From Macrostomum lignano (taxonomy: Eukaryota): a DNA stretch of 53,180 nucleotides. Below are positions 25,501 to 37,312 of this stretch, piece after piece; position 1 is the stretch's first letter; the number at the start of each line of letters is the position of its first letter. The position numbers were made by a program, and so were the translations under genes. The DNA is taken from NCBI GenBank assembly GCA_002269645.1, contig NIVC01002380.1, forward strand, positions 1 to 53,180, given 5' to 3'. Under the pieces are notes generated by a model. That model ran no database searches. It saw only the letters and a program-made list of their open reading frames with translations, and had not been told where the DNA came from.

Positions 25501-28213
25501 TTGTCTATGCCAGCCCCAGACGATTCTCTATGCCAGCCCCAGGCGATTCTCTATGCCAGCCCCAGGCGATTCTCTATGCCAGCCCCAGGCGATTCTCTAT
25601 GCCAGCTCCAGACAGTTCTCTATGCCAGCTCTGAGCGATTCTCTATGCCAGCAAGAGTGATGCTATACCAGTTCAAGGCGATTCGATGCCAGCTCCAGAC
25701 AGTTCTCTATGCCAGCTTTAGGCGATGCTCTATGCCAGCCAATGGGCTTCTCTATACAAGTTCTGAGCGATTCGATGCCAGCTCCAGGCGATTCTCTATG
25801 CCAGCCCCAGGCTATTCTCTGGACTCACCAGTCATTTGACTGCCCACAAAGTCGTGAAGCCGAGGATCTCCGATGTCCAGCGCCTCGATGCAGCCGACCA
25901 GCTCAGCCAGGGTGAAGCCAGCAGAGCCGCCGCGGTTGGCCGCAGCCTCCGACCCCGCCGAGTTCGTCACGGACAAGGCGACGCCAGAAGAGGAGGACGC
26001 TGAAGACAGCAGGCGGCGCTGCCGTTTCAACGGCGAAGCGCCGAAATTCTCGTCGTTAGTGGGACCGGCGCCGTTGATGGCCGCGACGGCAGCGGAGAGC
26101 ATGGGCAGCTTGGAGGAGGCGGGCGAGGTGAGCGTCGAAGGAGATGAAGGCGGCTGGAGGGTGGCTGGAATCAGCGCAGCCGGCAGGGAGGAGTCCAGGG
26201 CCGCGCTGAGAGACCGCTTGCCGGCAACCGCGGCGGAGACGGCGGCCACGGCAGCGGATGTGGCAGCTGCGGCAGCCGCCGCGGAGGCTGGCAGATGCGA
26301 TTGATGAGGCGACAGCGTTGCGGACGGCAGGCCGCCGGAGTTGACGGCGAGATTCTGCTGGCCGAGCGGCCGCCTCGGCGACTCTGCGGCGATCAGCCGG
26401 TTGGCGCGGGCGCCGCCACGCAATTTGAAGGCGTCGGCGCCGAAGGCCCGGTCGAAGCTGCTGGGCTGCCGGTCCCGGTTGCGCGAGAACGACTTCACTG
26501 GCAGCTGTCGGTGAGGCGGCTGCTGCACAGCGGGGTGGGCGGTCAGGCCGGGCAGCAGATCCGCGGCCACGTCCGGCCCGTCCTCGGCGGCGGCGGGGCT
26601 GCGCGGCGACAGGCAGGGCGACAGCGGCGATGGGGTGGAGGCGGCCCGGTCGGCGCCGGCGGTGGACACGGCCGAGGCGGCGGAGGTGGGCGCGGCAGTG
26701 GCGGACAGGAACGGCGAGTCGCCATCGTCCTGAGCAGCGGTGGCGGCGGCCGTGATGGAAAACAAGTCGTCATCGTCGACGAACTCGTCAAGCCGGAGGA
26801 GCGGTGCGTCGTAGGAATCCGAGCCAGCAGCGGCAGCCTCGGCGGGCTCGGCGGAGGCTTCAGCCGAACTGTCATCGTCTGGGATGTCTGGCACCGCAAG
26901 GGCCTCCTCCAGGCTGGTGGAGGCGGCGAATCGCTGAGGCAGCGGCAGCAGCCGGCGGGCGGGCTGCTCCCCCAGTCCCCGCGCCAGCTCAGCCAGCGAG
27001 TTGCGAAAGGCCTGCAGGTCGCGCATCGCCGACTGGACAGCGTCCAGCGCGCACAGCAGCAGCTCCTGGGCGTCGTGCTCCTCGCCGGGCGTGAAGGCGC
27101 AGTGCATAGACCGGAGGATGCGGAGAAGCGGCCCCGGGCGACAGGTGCGCCGTTCCACCCGAATCATGCGAAACACCTGCGATGATTTATGCATACTGCT
27201 CAGTGCTACTTAGTGAGTAACTTACAGCCATATTCATTGACTTCAGCAGTGGATTAATCAGCACCCAGCATCGAAACTGATCTCAATTCCCCACCCAGCA
27301 TCGAAACTGATCCCAACTCCCCACCCAGCATTGAAACTGATCCCAATTCCCCACCCAGCACTGAAACTGATCCCAATTCCCCACCCAGCACTGAAACTGA
27401 TCCCAATTCCCCACCCAGCACTGAAACTGATCCCAATTCCCCACCCAGCACTGAAACTGATCCCAATTCCCCACCCAGCACTGAAACTGATCCCAATTCC
27501 CCACCCAGCACTGAAACTGATCCCAATTCCCCACCCAGCACTGAAACCGATCCCAATTCCCCATCCAGCACTGAAACCGATCTCAATTCCCCACCCAGCA
27601 CCGAAACTGATCCCAATTCCCCACCCAGCACCGAAACTGATCCCAATTCCCCACCCAGCACTGAAACCGATCCCAATTCCCCACCCAGCACTGAAACTGA
27701 TCCCAATTCCCCACCCAGCACTGAAACTGATCCCAATTCCCCACCCAGCACCGAAACTGATCCCGAGCCGAATCCAAAACTCACCCTAAACATGTGCTCC
27801 ACAAAAGCGCAGGACAATGGCAGCGCCAGCTTCTCCTGCATCGACTCTGTCAGAAGCTGCAAAGTGGAACAGAAAATATTCACCATCAAATTCAAGGATC
27901 CAAGACGATATTGGAGTGGAGAGCAGTTGTCCAGCCCCAGGTTACCAGCTCACCTCTTTTAGAACTGAGCGCACCCGATCAATGCGATGTATGAATAGCA
28001 CAACCTTTCTGAGATGATTGTAGAGGCCTGGCGTGTAGCAGAGCACCTGCAGCACAGCATTGGCATAGCAGGTATTGCCTGAAATATTAGAAAATAGCGC
28101 ATGCCTCAGCTTGCAAAGAATTAGAAAGTGAGCTGTACTTCAGGTGTATGCCAGCTAAAATTACCAATGTTCTGCAGTCCACCAGGATAGTTGCTGCCTA
28201 GCAGGTTGTGCAT
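22574..28213 (-). CDS. USP1: Ubiquitin carboxyl-terminal hydrolase, USP1-like; 7 exons, about 782 aa
   Basis: Exons (minus): 28213-28165, 28078-27954, 27856-27785, 27176-25829, 24957-24730, 23828-23561, 22832-22574. All introns are GT-AG, phases match and the total of 2349 nt is divisible by 3. Cys box [47 protein letters not shown], His box [18 protein letters not shown]; [16 protein letters not shown] resembles the USP1 C-terminus. An upstream exon is possible because an AG precedes the ATG. Confidence 0.9.
22917..23300. repeat. 27-bp minisatellite in USP1 intron 6
   Basis: GGACAACTGCCTACTGGACATTCTAGA, about 14 copies. Confidence 0.95.
23865..24650. repeat. ~24-bp minisatellite in USP1 intron 5
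   Basis: GAGGTTCACGGGACTGGTTCTGGT and variants. Confidence 0.95.
25085..25820. repeat. 23-bp degenerate minisatellite in USP1 intron 4
   Basis: CCAGCTCCAGGCGATTCTCTATG and variants. Confidence 0.93.
27256..27765. repeat. 30-bp minisatellite in USP1 intron 3
   Basis: CCACCCAGCACTGAAACTGATCCCAATTCC, about 17 copies. Confidence 0.95.
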
Positions 28214-30437
28214 CTGATGCAAGCGTAGGCAGATGATTTGGTGCCAGTCTTAGTGTAGAACTGTAGAACTGAGATTGAGTTTATTGCTGCAGTTTGTTAA
28301 TATGTTGAATTATCATTACAATTTTTTATATATTTTTTTAATTATAATTTAGAAATAACCAGTATTGAGCATGGGTCTGTTAATAAGCATTAATCCATTA
28401 ATAAGCATTAAGATTTTTCATTAATGTTAACGGACTGCCATTAAGATTTTTTGAACTAACGGATTAACGAATTTGTGTTAGTTATTTTGTGAGTTAATGA
28501 CAAATTCATTGTTAACGTCAATGACAGTGTCAAGACTAACAATGCAAATGAAAAACAAAAATACAAGTCTGACTAGAAGTTACAACATTATGGATATATT
28601 CAAATTTACCTAAATGCCTAATTAATTTCTTTGTTTATGACAATGATCATGCAGATGTAGCAACTTCTTACTAATAAACTTTAATATTGAATTAAAATTG
28701 TGAACTTTATTGCTTGCACATGAGCATCAATTGCTTTAATTGACTTGTTTCCCAATCTTTTGTAACTTTCTGCTCCACTTGCTAATGCTATTGAAACAAC
28801 CTTCCTATTTGTATTTTATTGTTAACTAATTAGCTTTCGAGTTTTAAATAAATAAGTTACTTTGTTTATTGTATGATTACTTTTAGTAGTATTAGACTTA
28901 TAAGTTTTTACTATTATTATTTTTTGTTTTTTCCAGCTTGTAAATCTGTTGGATGTCCTGTGTTTTGCTAAAAAGATGGAAAAGCAAAAGCAGTGCATTA
29001 TGAAGTCTATTTCAGAAAAATGTGCAAGATTTCTGTATTTTCTATGTTAACTTCAATGGATTAACACTTATTAACAATTATCATTTAATTTTCAGTTAAC
29101 TTATACAAAATTAAGAGTTAAAAAGTTGAGATTTTTTCATTTTTATGCTAATGCTTTTGCCTTTAATGGAAGTTAAGATTTTCATTAATGGTGACCAACA
29201 CTAGAAATAACTTTAAAAGTTTAAACTTTGATATTGTTGAGTGAACTTTTGCCTATTGCATTACTATATCACTACCTTCCCATCTAAGAAACCTCTTGCC
29301 TTAATGTGCTTTAGTCTGATATGTTCAATAAGCTTAATGAGCCAATTGACTTTAAGTGATATACTTTTAGACTTGTATATTGAAAAATCTTTTAGACTGA
29401 TGCATGTCACAGACAAATCAATTCAATTGATCAAATCAAATCAATTGATCAATGCTCTATATGCATTTGGTATTGAGTAACTATAATTCAAAATTTATTT
29501 TATTTTGTCAAATGGGGGCCTGGGGCATATGCCTTGATCTCAGTGACTTCATTAATTGACCAATCAGTAAGAACTCTTAACTTGGTCAATTTGTCAATAG
29601 CAAATACTGCTACACCCGCCAAATAGTTACTTTGTCAACTATTTGACAAAATGCCAGTTGATGGAAATACTAGCACCTATCATTACAACACTTTTTGCAG
29701 CATTTTAAATGTCATAAAAAGGTATTGAAAGGTGTCTGAAAATGTGTTGGAAAAAGTTAACCATTATGACATTTTGTGACATTTTAAGTGTTATAAAAAG
29801 TGTTGGAAGATGTGTTTGAAAAGGCTACTAGTCACTTCAGCAACAAGTCACTTCAGCAACAAGTCACTTCAGCAACAAGTCACTTCGGCAACAACAATTT
29901 TAGGACAAATGAATTTTTTTGGCAATAGTAATTGCCAAATTGGCAACAAAGAATGAGACATTTTAACAAAAGCTGAATATGAATAATTATATAAAGACTA
30001 TTTACCAAGGATAAAACAACTATATAAATAAGGTCACAAAGATAATCATTTTTTACTACTCAAATACTTAAAATAAAAATAAAAGTCTGTAGCCATGCAC
30101 TTTGTTAAAACACTTTGTTAAAATAGTAACTGATTAATTGATTTTAAATTAAAAAAGTCATTATAAAATAAAATATAAAATAGAGACTATAGAATAATCA
30201 GACCATTAAAATATCAAGCAGTAGCTGCTTCTTTATTTTGTTAAATTGATATTTTCTAAAGAATTCCACTAACTAATAAATGGACTATATTATATAAACT
30301 TGGACCCAAACCAATATCCATTTTAGAACCTTTATTGATTTTAACACGTTAGGCCTAAATGTCAAGTTTTGCCTAAAGTCAATAAAATGGGTAGTCCGGT
30401 CTGTAAATTGGCAAATATCAAAATGGCATTAGTCTGG

Positions 30438-32637
30438 ATGCAGGGATTCCCCGAGCGATATTCAAGATCAATATTCGGAAATAACAAAAATCTCTGCTTT
30501 TAAAGCACCAAACGCGATGATTTTTTACAGAAGAAATATCACCCACAAGATAAACCGACTTAAAAAAATTATGGCTACAGATTGAAAGGATTTTTTACAA
30601 TTTGCCTAAAACTGGTGCTTCCTTATATCCACAGTGTAATAAATTGATATTTGATTTCAAGTACTTCTGCTTGCTCTCTGTTGCTGAAAATTGACATGCA
30701 GGACTTCACCCAGACACTAAGCGATTATCATAACTCAAACTGAACTCAAGGCTTCATGCTCAAGAACTATTTGAGAAAACTGATGTTCTTATCTCCACAA
30801 TGTATTAGATTGATATTCTATTTCAGTACTTCTACTTGCTCTCTGTTGCTGAAAATTGACATGCAGGACTTCACCCAGACACTAAGCGATTATCATAACT
30901 CAAACTGAACTCAAAGCTTCATGCTTGAGACCTACTCGAGAAAAACTGATGTTCCTATTTCTACAGTAGCTAGTGTAACATTTTATATTGAGTTGAAAGT
31001 TTATTTGCACTGAATAAATTTAGATGAAACTCAATTAGCTCTTTAGTCTAGAATTCCTTGAATAGCGTACACGTCATGCATATTTAATGCTGCACAAAGT
31101 TAGGCCATTGAATTGTATGCTATTCGATCAGATGAGTAAATTGATGCAGGTCGAGCAGCAGAAGTTTTCCTCTTCTTGCGTTGTGGATGCACAGACGCAG
31201 TGGATCTAGTCAAGACAGGATGAGCACTCAATCTACCAGTAGTGCATGTACAAGAAGTAAATTTAAAGGTAAAGTGAGTACATGTGTATTGATATTTGGC
31301 ACAGAGGTATTTATACGTACAAGAATTTTACAACTCACCCAATCAATTGTTGCTGCACCGTCTGCTTTTGGTGGCTTTTCTACTTGACAAATGACACAAG
31401 AACCTTGGTTGCTATCGACGGAGTTGTTACTGATTACTTTCCATATGTAACAAATGCACTTTCTCAAGAAAGTCTTTGCTTGCTTTCTGATATTGTAGCT
31501 CCCTACCAAGAATTATGCTTCTGGCATACAAGCAGACAAATCGAAGGCACCACAACTAAAAGAATCGTCTTGCTTAGTGTGTGGAGCGTTGTCACTGCAA
31601 AAAGTAGTATTTTCTTTAAGTGAAAAATACTTGTAGATTTCTTTTAGTGCCAGATGTAGAAAAGCACTACAATTGGTGTTTGGAAAAGCTTACATGGATG
31701 TGTATCCTTACATTCATAATTGTCTTATCTGAAGTCAAAGGTTGAAAGGAAAAAGCTTCTTACTTCCAGTTTTCTACAATTCTGGGCAACACATTCTGCT
31801 GGCGGATATTACTGGTAGAGGAGTTGAAGAGATAAACATTTCTAGCTGATACAATAATCGCTACCAGGTAAAAATGGCTTCCAGTAAACATGGGAACCAA
31901 AACCAAAATCAAATGGGCTTCCTAAAAATGAAATAATTCGGGAAACGTCAAAATAAGATTACATAGCTATAGATTTTCTTGCGTGCTTAACTCCTGTGCA
32001 ATTTATACCTTTCGATGCATCTTACTATATATCTTACTATATATTCACACAAATGAACAAAATTATTATCCCAGTCTAATGCACTGTGGAGATACATGTA
32101 CATGTACAATGTACTGTAGAAACATCAGTTTTTCTCGAATATTTCTTGAGCATGAAGCTTTGACTTCAGTTTGAGTTATGATAATCGCTTAGTGTCTGGG
32201 TGAAGTCCTGCATGTCATTTTTTAGCAATAGAAAGCAAGCAGAAGTACTTGAAATCGAATATCAATTTAATACATTGTGGAGATAAGAACATCAGTTTTC
32301 TCAAATATTTCTTGAGCATGAAGCCTTGAGTTCAGTTTGAGTTATGATAATCGCTTAATGTCTGGATGAAGTCCTGCATGTCAATTTTTAGCGACAGAGA
32401 GCAAGCAGAAGTACTTGAAATCAAATATCAATTTATTACACTGTGGATATAAGGAAGCACTAGTTTTAGGCAAATTGTAAAAAATCCTTTCAATCTGTAG
32501 CCATAATTTTTTTAAGTCGGTTTATCTCGTGGGTGATGTTTCTTCTGTAAAAAATCATGGCATTTGGTGCTTTAAAAGCAGAGATTTTTGTTATTTCCGA
32601 ATATTGATCTTGAATATCACTTAGGGAATCCCTGCAT
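30438..32637. mobile_element. Internally deleted long-TIR DNA transposon, Mutator/Phantom-like, 9-bp TSD
   Basis: TIRs ~30438-30968 and ~32112-32637 begin ATGCAGGGATTCCC, each with an internal ~167-bp tandem duplication; flanks are TTAGTCTGG (30429-30437) and TTAGTCCGG (32638-32646). Superfamily is inferred from TSD length and cargo. Confidence 0.8.
31128..31919 (-). pseudogene. Ulp1/C48-type cysteine protease + PHD finger pseudogene carried by the transposon
   Basis: LILVLVPMFTGSHFYLVAIIV..VYLFNS (catalytic His region); KQDDSFSCGAF then frameshift to VCLYARSII (Gln/Cys motif); CVICQ..IDW | intron 31338-31233 (GTGAGT..TAG) | IECSSCLD*IHCVC..FCCSTC gives a C4HC3 PHD, with a premature TAG at 31206-31208. 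Confidence 0.75.
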
Positions 32638-35600
32638 TTAGTCCGGGTCCAAGTCTAAGTGCATAAATTAGTTATACCAGAGAATTTGCCAAAATGGCCT
32701 AACATTGTTGCCAAAGTGACTGTTGCCAAAATGTCTTGTTGTTAGTGTCTGTCACCAAAATGTCTTGATGCCAAAGTGACTGGTAGCCTTTGAAAATGTG
32801 TTGGCATTATACATGAAAATGTATAAAAGTTATACAGGTCTCATCACATTTTTTTATTTTAGTTAGGCACTTCAGTGAGAAAATTAAATTTCAGAAATTG
32901 TTATAGGCTGCTATTTCACTAGATAGATCTTACTTTCCCATTTCCAAAATGGCCAAACTTTAGTGATTTGGTTGAGTAATAAGGAAACTACAGCTATTTT
33001 AGTAACCCCGATTTGTGCCTTTAGCCAATGGAATTTTTACATTACGGTTTGTGATCATTTTTGGCCAAAAAGTTGGCTTTTTGTCTTTGAACACTTGTAA
33101 TTAATTTTCTAGCCAACCAAAATGACTGTGCTTGGTGTCATTTTGTTCAGTTTTTTAGTGTTAATTGTATGAATTATATATTTTAATATTATTTTATATG
33201 CCCAAGTTGCTAAGCTAATTGAAACAGGATGGGTGTATGAAATTATACGCAATACGCAATGATTGCAATTTTAAAAATACAATAGCATCTGTTCTGCTTG
33301 CTTAATTTATACAAGGCTAGTGTCATTTTGTTCAGGTTTTTACCTACTATAATACTATTCTACTTCTTGCCCTAAATTTTTAATGCATGACAGACACCCC
33401 AACTGCAATGTAATGTGCTGTACAGGCTTTGCGCATGGGTTTATTAAAAAACGGTTTTGCCTATCGTGTTCAGCATAGCAGAATTAGTTAAATGACACAG
33501 CGAACTAGTTTGCCGGAAGGCAGAGTCTCACAAAAAACACGAAATACACGTTTCAATGGGTATTTTACATGTAAACGTGTATTTCGTGAATGACATGGCC
33601 ATGGCACACTGACAAGAAAGCTGCCCTATTTTCCACATACACTATGGGAATAATTTTTGCTTATCACATGGCACACTAACGAGATAGCTGCCCTATCTTC
33701 TTGTGCTTTGGGGATAAGCATTGTCAAATGATAAAGCACACTACTTCTTGAAATCAAATAGAATATGATCACGATATGCATAATTGGAATTGATAGACCT
33801 AGTAATTTGACAACAGCACGGTCTCAAGTCACATGCATGGAGATTAGCTCACCTCGAAGTTTACTGCGGCGGCTAGGCCTTAATTTTAAATTATATAATT
33901 GGTTCGTTAAACGATGAGTGGATATATATGTTCAAATTGGCACGAAAAAAAGTATTTTAAATTAGATTGTTTTTATAAAAAATAATAACAAATCCTAACA
34001 TCACAAAATAAAACAATGCAATGCACCAGAAAAAGCGATAACTTACTCTTTAATTCTCCTATTATTATTAGTATAAGTTTAAAATTTTATTTACACCAAT
34101 TGCAACTGAATGCTTTTTAACCCTTTTTAATTTTCTCACTTCTTTTTTGTTAAAATATATTTATTGCTCTTAACTCGAAGTCAACGGGTATACTTTACGC
34201 TGTGTAAAAAATCTACAGTCCATTAGGTATCCTCCTAAGGAAAAAATGAATCGGCTTCTCAGCTTAAGCAAGGTGATTTTGTTCTGCAAATTTTTAATTA
34301 TAATTATGGCAATTATGCCATCGTCATTGCACCTGTTAGTGTTACTAATCTTATTAGTATAGGGTGCATACTATAGCTATAGTCTAGATCATGCTAGGTA
34401 AAGGCCCAAACAAAAATTAAAGTTACAAATGCATGCCAAAAAATTAAGTGCATGCCCACACTCTCAAATCTAGGCAAGTATTGCAACAATAAATGACCTT
34501 CTTTTGCACCATATTGCGGAAGGTTTTCTGTGTACGCCAGACACATTTTTATTGAATTTTCAATTGTACGCCAACAGATTTTTAATGTATGCCAACTTAA
34601 AAATGGTAAAAAAATCAACAAATATTTAAATTTAAATTCAAACTACAAAAAATGATAACAACATGACGATTGTCGTGACAATTCCGGTAATTAAAATGAT
34701 TGGTAAATGAGAAAATAGTAGCAGAAAAAATGGTTTTGAAATAACTTAACACAGAAAAAGCACAAAAAATTCTTTATATTAATTTCTACGCCAGTCGCCA
34801 TACACCACACTGTATGCCACACTGTACACAGCCAAGAAATGTACACTGGTGTACGCCACAGAAATCAAGTGTATGCTGGAATTTTCTGCATATACCCCAC
34901 CATCTGCAAAATGGCTTTTGCATTGCAACAGAAAATGACCTTTCTTGCATTGCGTGAAGTTCAACCCTTTTTGGCTGATAATTTGTTTTTTTCTTTGCCT
35001 ATACTATTTATGGCAGAAAATTGGTATGCTCAAACATTTGTTTAAATGCCTTATTATGAGCTTTAAAAAACTGGAAAGCTTGAAATTTACTCTTTAAATG
35101 AACTTCTCAATCTTTTTTCTATTTAACACTAACTCTTCCATCTGATTTCTATAAAATGTATACCAAGTGTAAATGCACACTATTTTCTTAGGAGTAATGC
35201 ATACCTAATATGCAAGGCCAATGTATACCCAAATTTTTGGGTGTATACTACATGATCCAGAGTGTGGTTTACATAGTAACTAAAATATATATTAGTTTTA
35301 TTCTACTAGCAATCTACGCCCCCCGTTGGGGAGCCAAAGAAATGCAATAAATGTTTTTTTAATATGCTACATATAGCCTTGAAATCTTAAAAAATCTCCT
35401 GTCAAACTCCTGTCCTGTCTCCTATATATTTATAGCTATATAACACTCAACCCAAAAAAACTTCAAGAACCTTTGTTTACTTTACTAAATATATAACCAC
35501 TGCATTGGTTTAACTTAAGTGTAACTAAAATACTTATTACCAAAAATTGTTACAAGTAAAGGTGCAATGGTGCTTTACAAGCTATAATTATTTATTTTCT

Positions 35601-35771
35601 AATGAAAGTCCTTTAAAAATCTACCTAAGTATGTTGTATATTTGTATATACCAAAAAGTTTCCTATTGTACCTTGTCATACATGCGCAACTTCTGAAATT
35701 ACGCTGGCCGTGCGACTTAGTTTTCGATAAAAAATGCGACTTACCTATGAAAGAGCCAAGCAAAAACTTTA

Positions 35772-35850
35772 GGTAAACGGCAGGAGTAACTATGACCATA
35801 TTTTTAAAGCTAAATGCCTCGCCAGCTAATTAGTGCTGCGTGCAGATTCC
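35772..35850 (+). pseudogene. Short 28S rRNA-like fragment (helix 69-71 region)
   Basis: GGTAAACGGCAGGAGTAACTATGAC (24/25 to the conserved eukaryotic LSU sequence as I recall it) + 15 divergent nt + AAATGCCTCGCCAGCTAATTAGTG (22/24). Not a functional rRNA gene. Confidence 0.7.
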
Positions 35851-36269
35851 GCGTTTTTATAACAGCTAATCAGTGTCATCTAGTGGCGGCATGAAGCAAT
35901 TAGTAAATTGTCAGTACAGTGTAGTGAGCATACTACAAAAGTCATGATTCATGAATGTCCAGAAGTAAGTGAAGTGAATACAGTGTGACCTATAGCTCAA
36001 GAACGATTTGCTAGACGATTTGGCATGGAAGATGAGAGCCCTGATTCAGATGGCTCATCAGATGCAGAATACGAATCCAGTAGAGATACAAGCTGTGAAA
36101 ACCCATAGATTTTTAAACCACTGAATTCTAATTCCCGGAACTATTTTTGCATAGATTCTAAATTTGAAGTCATGCTCAAACAAAAACTTGTTAACAGTTA
36201 GGAAAAAGGCAAAGATGGGAGTAATGCATGTTAAACTAAGATTTGAGGCCTTTGCAAATTCTCTCCATT

Positions 36270-36935
36270 CCTCAATCTTCTCATCCTCTTTTTCTTTTCT
36301 CTCTCATCCCTTATCCCTTCTCTCTTTCCTCTCCTCTCTCCTCTCTTTCCTCTCCTCTCCTATCTCTTCTGTCTCCTCTCTACATTCTTATCTCTTCTCT
36401 CGTCTCTCTCCATTCCACTCTACTCTCTCATCTTATCTTCCCTCTCGTCTCTCTCCACTCTACTCTCTTATCTTATCTCTCCTCTCTTTTCTACTCTCTC
36501 ATCTCTCCTCTCTTCACTCTCCTCTCATCTCCTCTTTATCCTCTCATCTCCTCTTTATCCTCTCTTCTCTCATCTACTCTCTCCTCTTTCCTCTTTCCTC
36601 TCTTCTGATCTCATCTATCATCTTTTCTTTCCTCTTTCCTCTAATCTCCTCTTCTCTCTCATCTCTTTTTCCTCCCTCAGCTTTTCTCTCCTCTTCTATC
36701 TTTTCTCCCATCGCATCGCTCGCCTCCCCTTTGTTTGCTTATCTCTAATCTTCTATTCCCTCTACTTTGAAGTAAGAAAATATGCACATATTTTTGCTGA
36801 AGATAAGAGGAGAGAAGAGGGCATTGAGGAGAAAGGGTAGAGAGAAAGGGGGAGAAGAGAGGAGAGAGAAGAGGGAAAAGGGGGGAGAGAGAGAAGAGGG
36901 GAGGCAAGGTAGAGAAGAAGAGAGAGATGAGAGTT
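36270..36935. repeat. CT-rich low-complexity tract followed by a GA-rich tract
   Basis: Polypyrimidine 36270-36715, polypurine 36805-36935. Confidence 0.85.
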
Positions 36936-37156
36936 GAAGAGACACCAACCTTGCTGGTTAGGAAGTTTCAAAGAACCCGAGGGGCGAGGGCCAGATAGAG
37001 GGGCTTCGCGAGCCGGAGTTTGCCAACCCCTGCTCCAGAGTTTAAGAAATGACGCGGGCTTCTGATTTCAAAGATCTTGTCTGTTGTTGAAGGCTTCTAT
37101 TCTGTTTTTGCTCTCCTGCCACACTTGCACCTACTACCCCCTGATTGCCTCTGATT

Positions 37157-37312
37157 GTGACTTACTTCCCTCTTATTGCGACTTAGCTGCTTCTTTTTGC
37201 GACTTACCTAATCCTTTTTGCGACTTACTTAATCCTTTTTGCAACTTACCTAATCCTTTTTGCGACTTACCTAACCCTTTTGCAACTTACCTGATCCTTT
37301 TTGCGACTTAGT
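37157..37312 (-). repeat. ~21-22-bp tandem repeat containing AGGTAAGT on the minus strand
   Basis: Plus-strand unit TTTTTGCGACTTACCTAATCC, about 7 copies. Confidence 0.85.

Larger units (their letters stand above)
29823..32788. mobile_element. Outer non-autonomous TIR DNA transposon with 8-bp TSD (host of nested insertions)
   Basis: Left end GGCTACTAGTCACTTCAGCAAC with four 16-bp subterminal repeats; right end GCCAAAGTGACTGGTAGCC; TTTGAAAA at both 29815-29822 and 32789-32796. Confidence 0.8.

Noticed and set aside
25873-27213. Plus-strand ORFs opposite USP1 exon 4
   Set aside because: Antisense shadows of GC-rich coding sequence with no recognisable motifs.
22719-27895. Repeat-peptide ORFs such as (CPVGSCPLE)n, (VRFTGLVL)n, ([10 protein letters not shown])n
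   Set aside because: They lie inside phase-consistent USP1 introns.
28370-29210. Short inverted and direct repeats (GTTAATAAG..TTAATCCATT) suggesting another MITE
   Set aside because: Could not define termini or a TSD in very AT-rich sequence.
34200-35260. Scattered TGTACGCC motifs and a weak inverted match (34221-34245 vs 35183-35210)
   Set aside because: Probably a decayed DNA transposon, but the boundaries cannot be supported.
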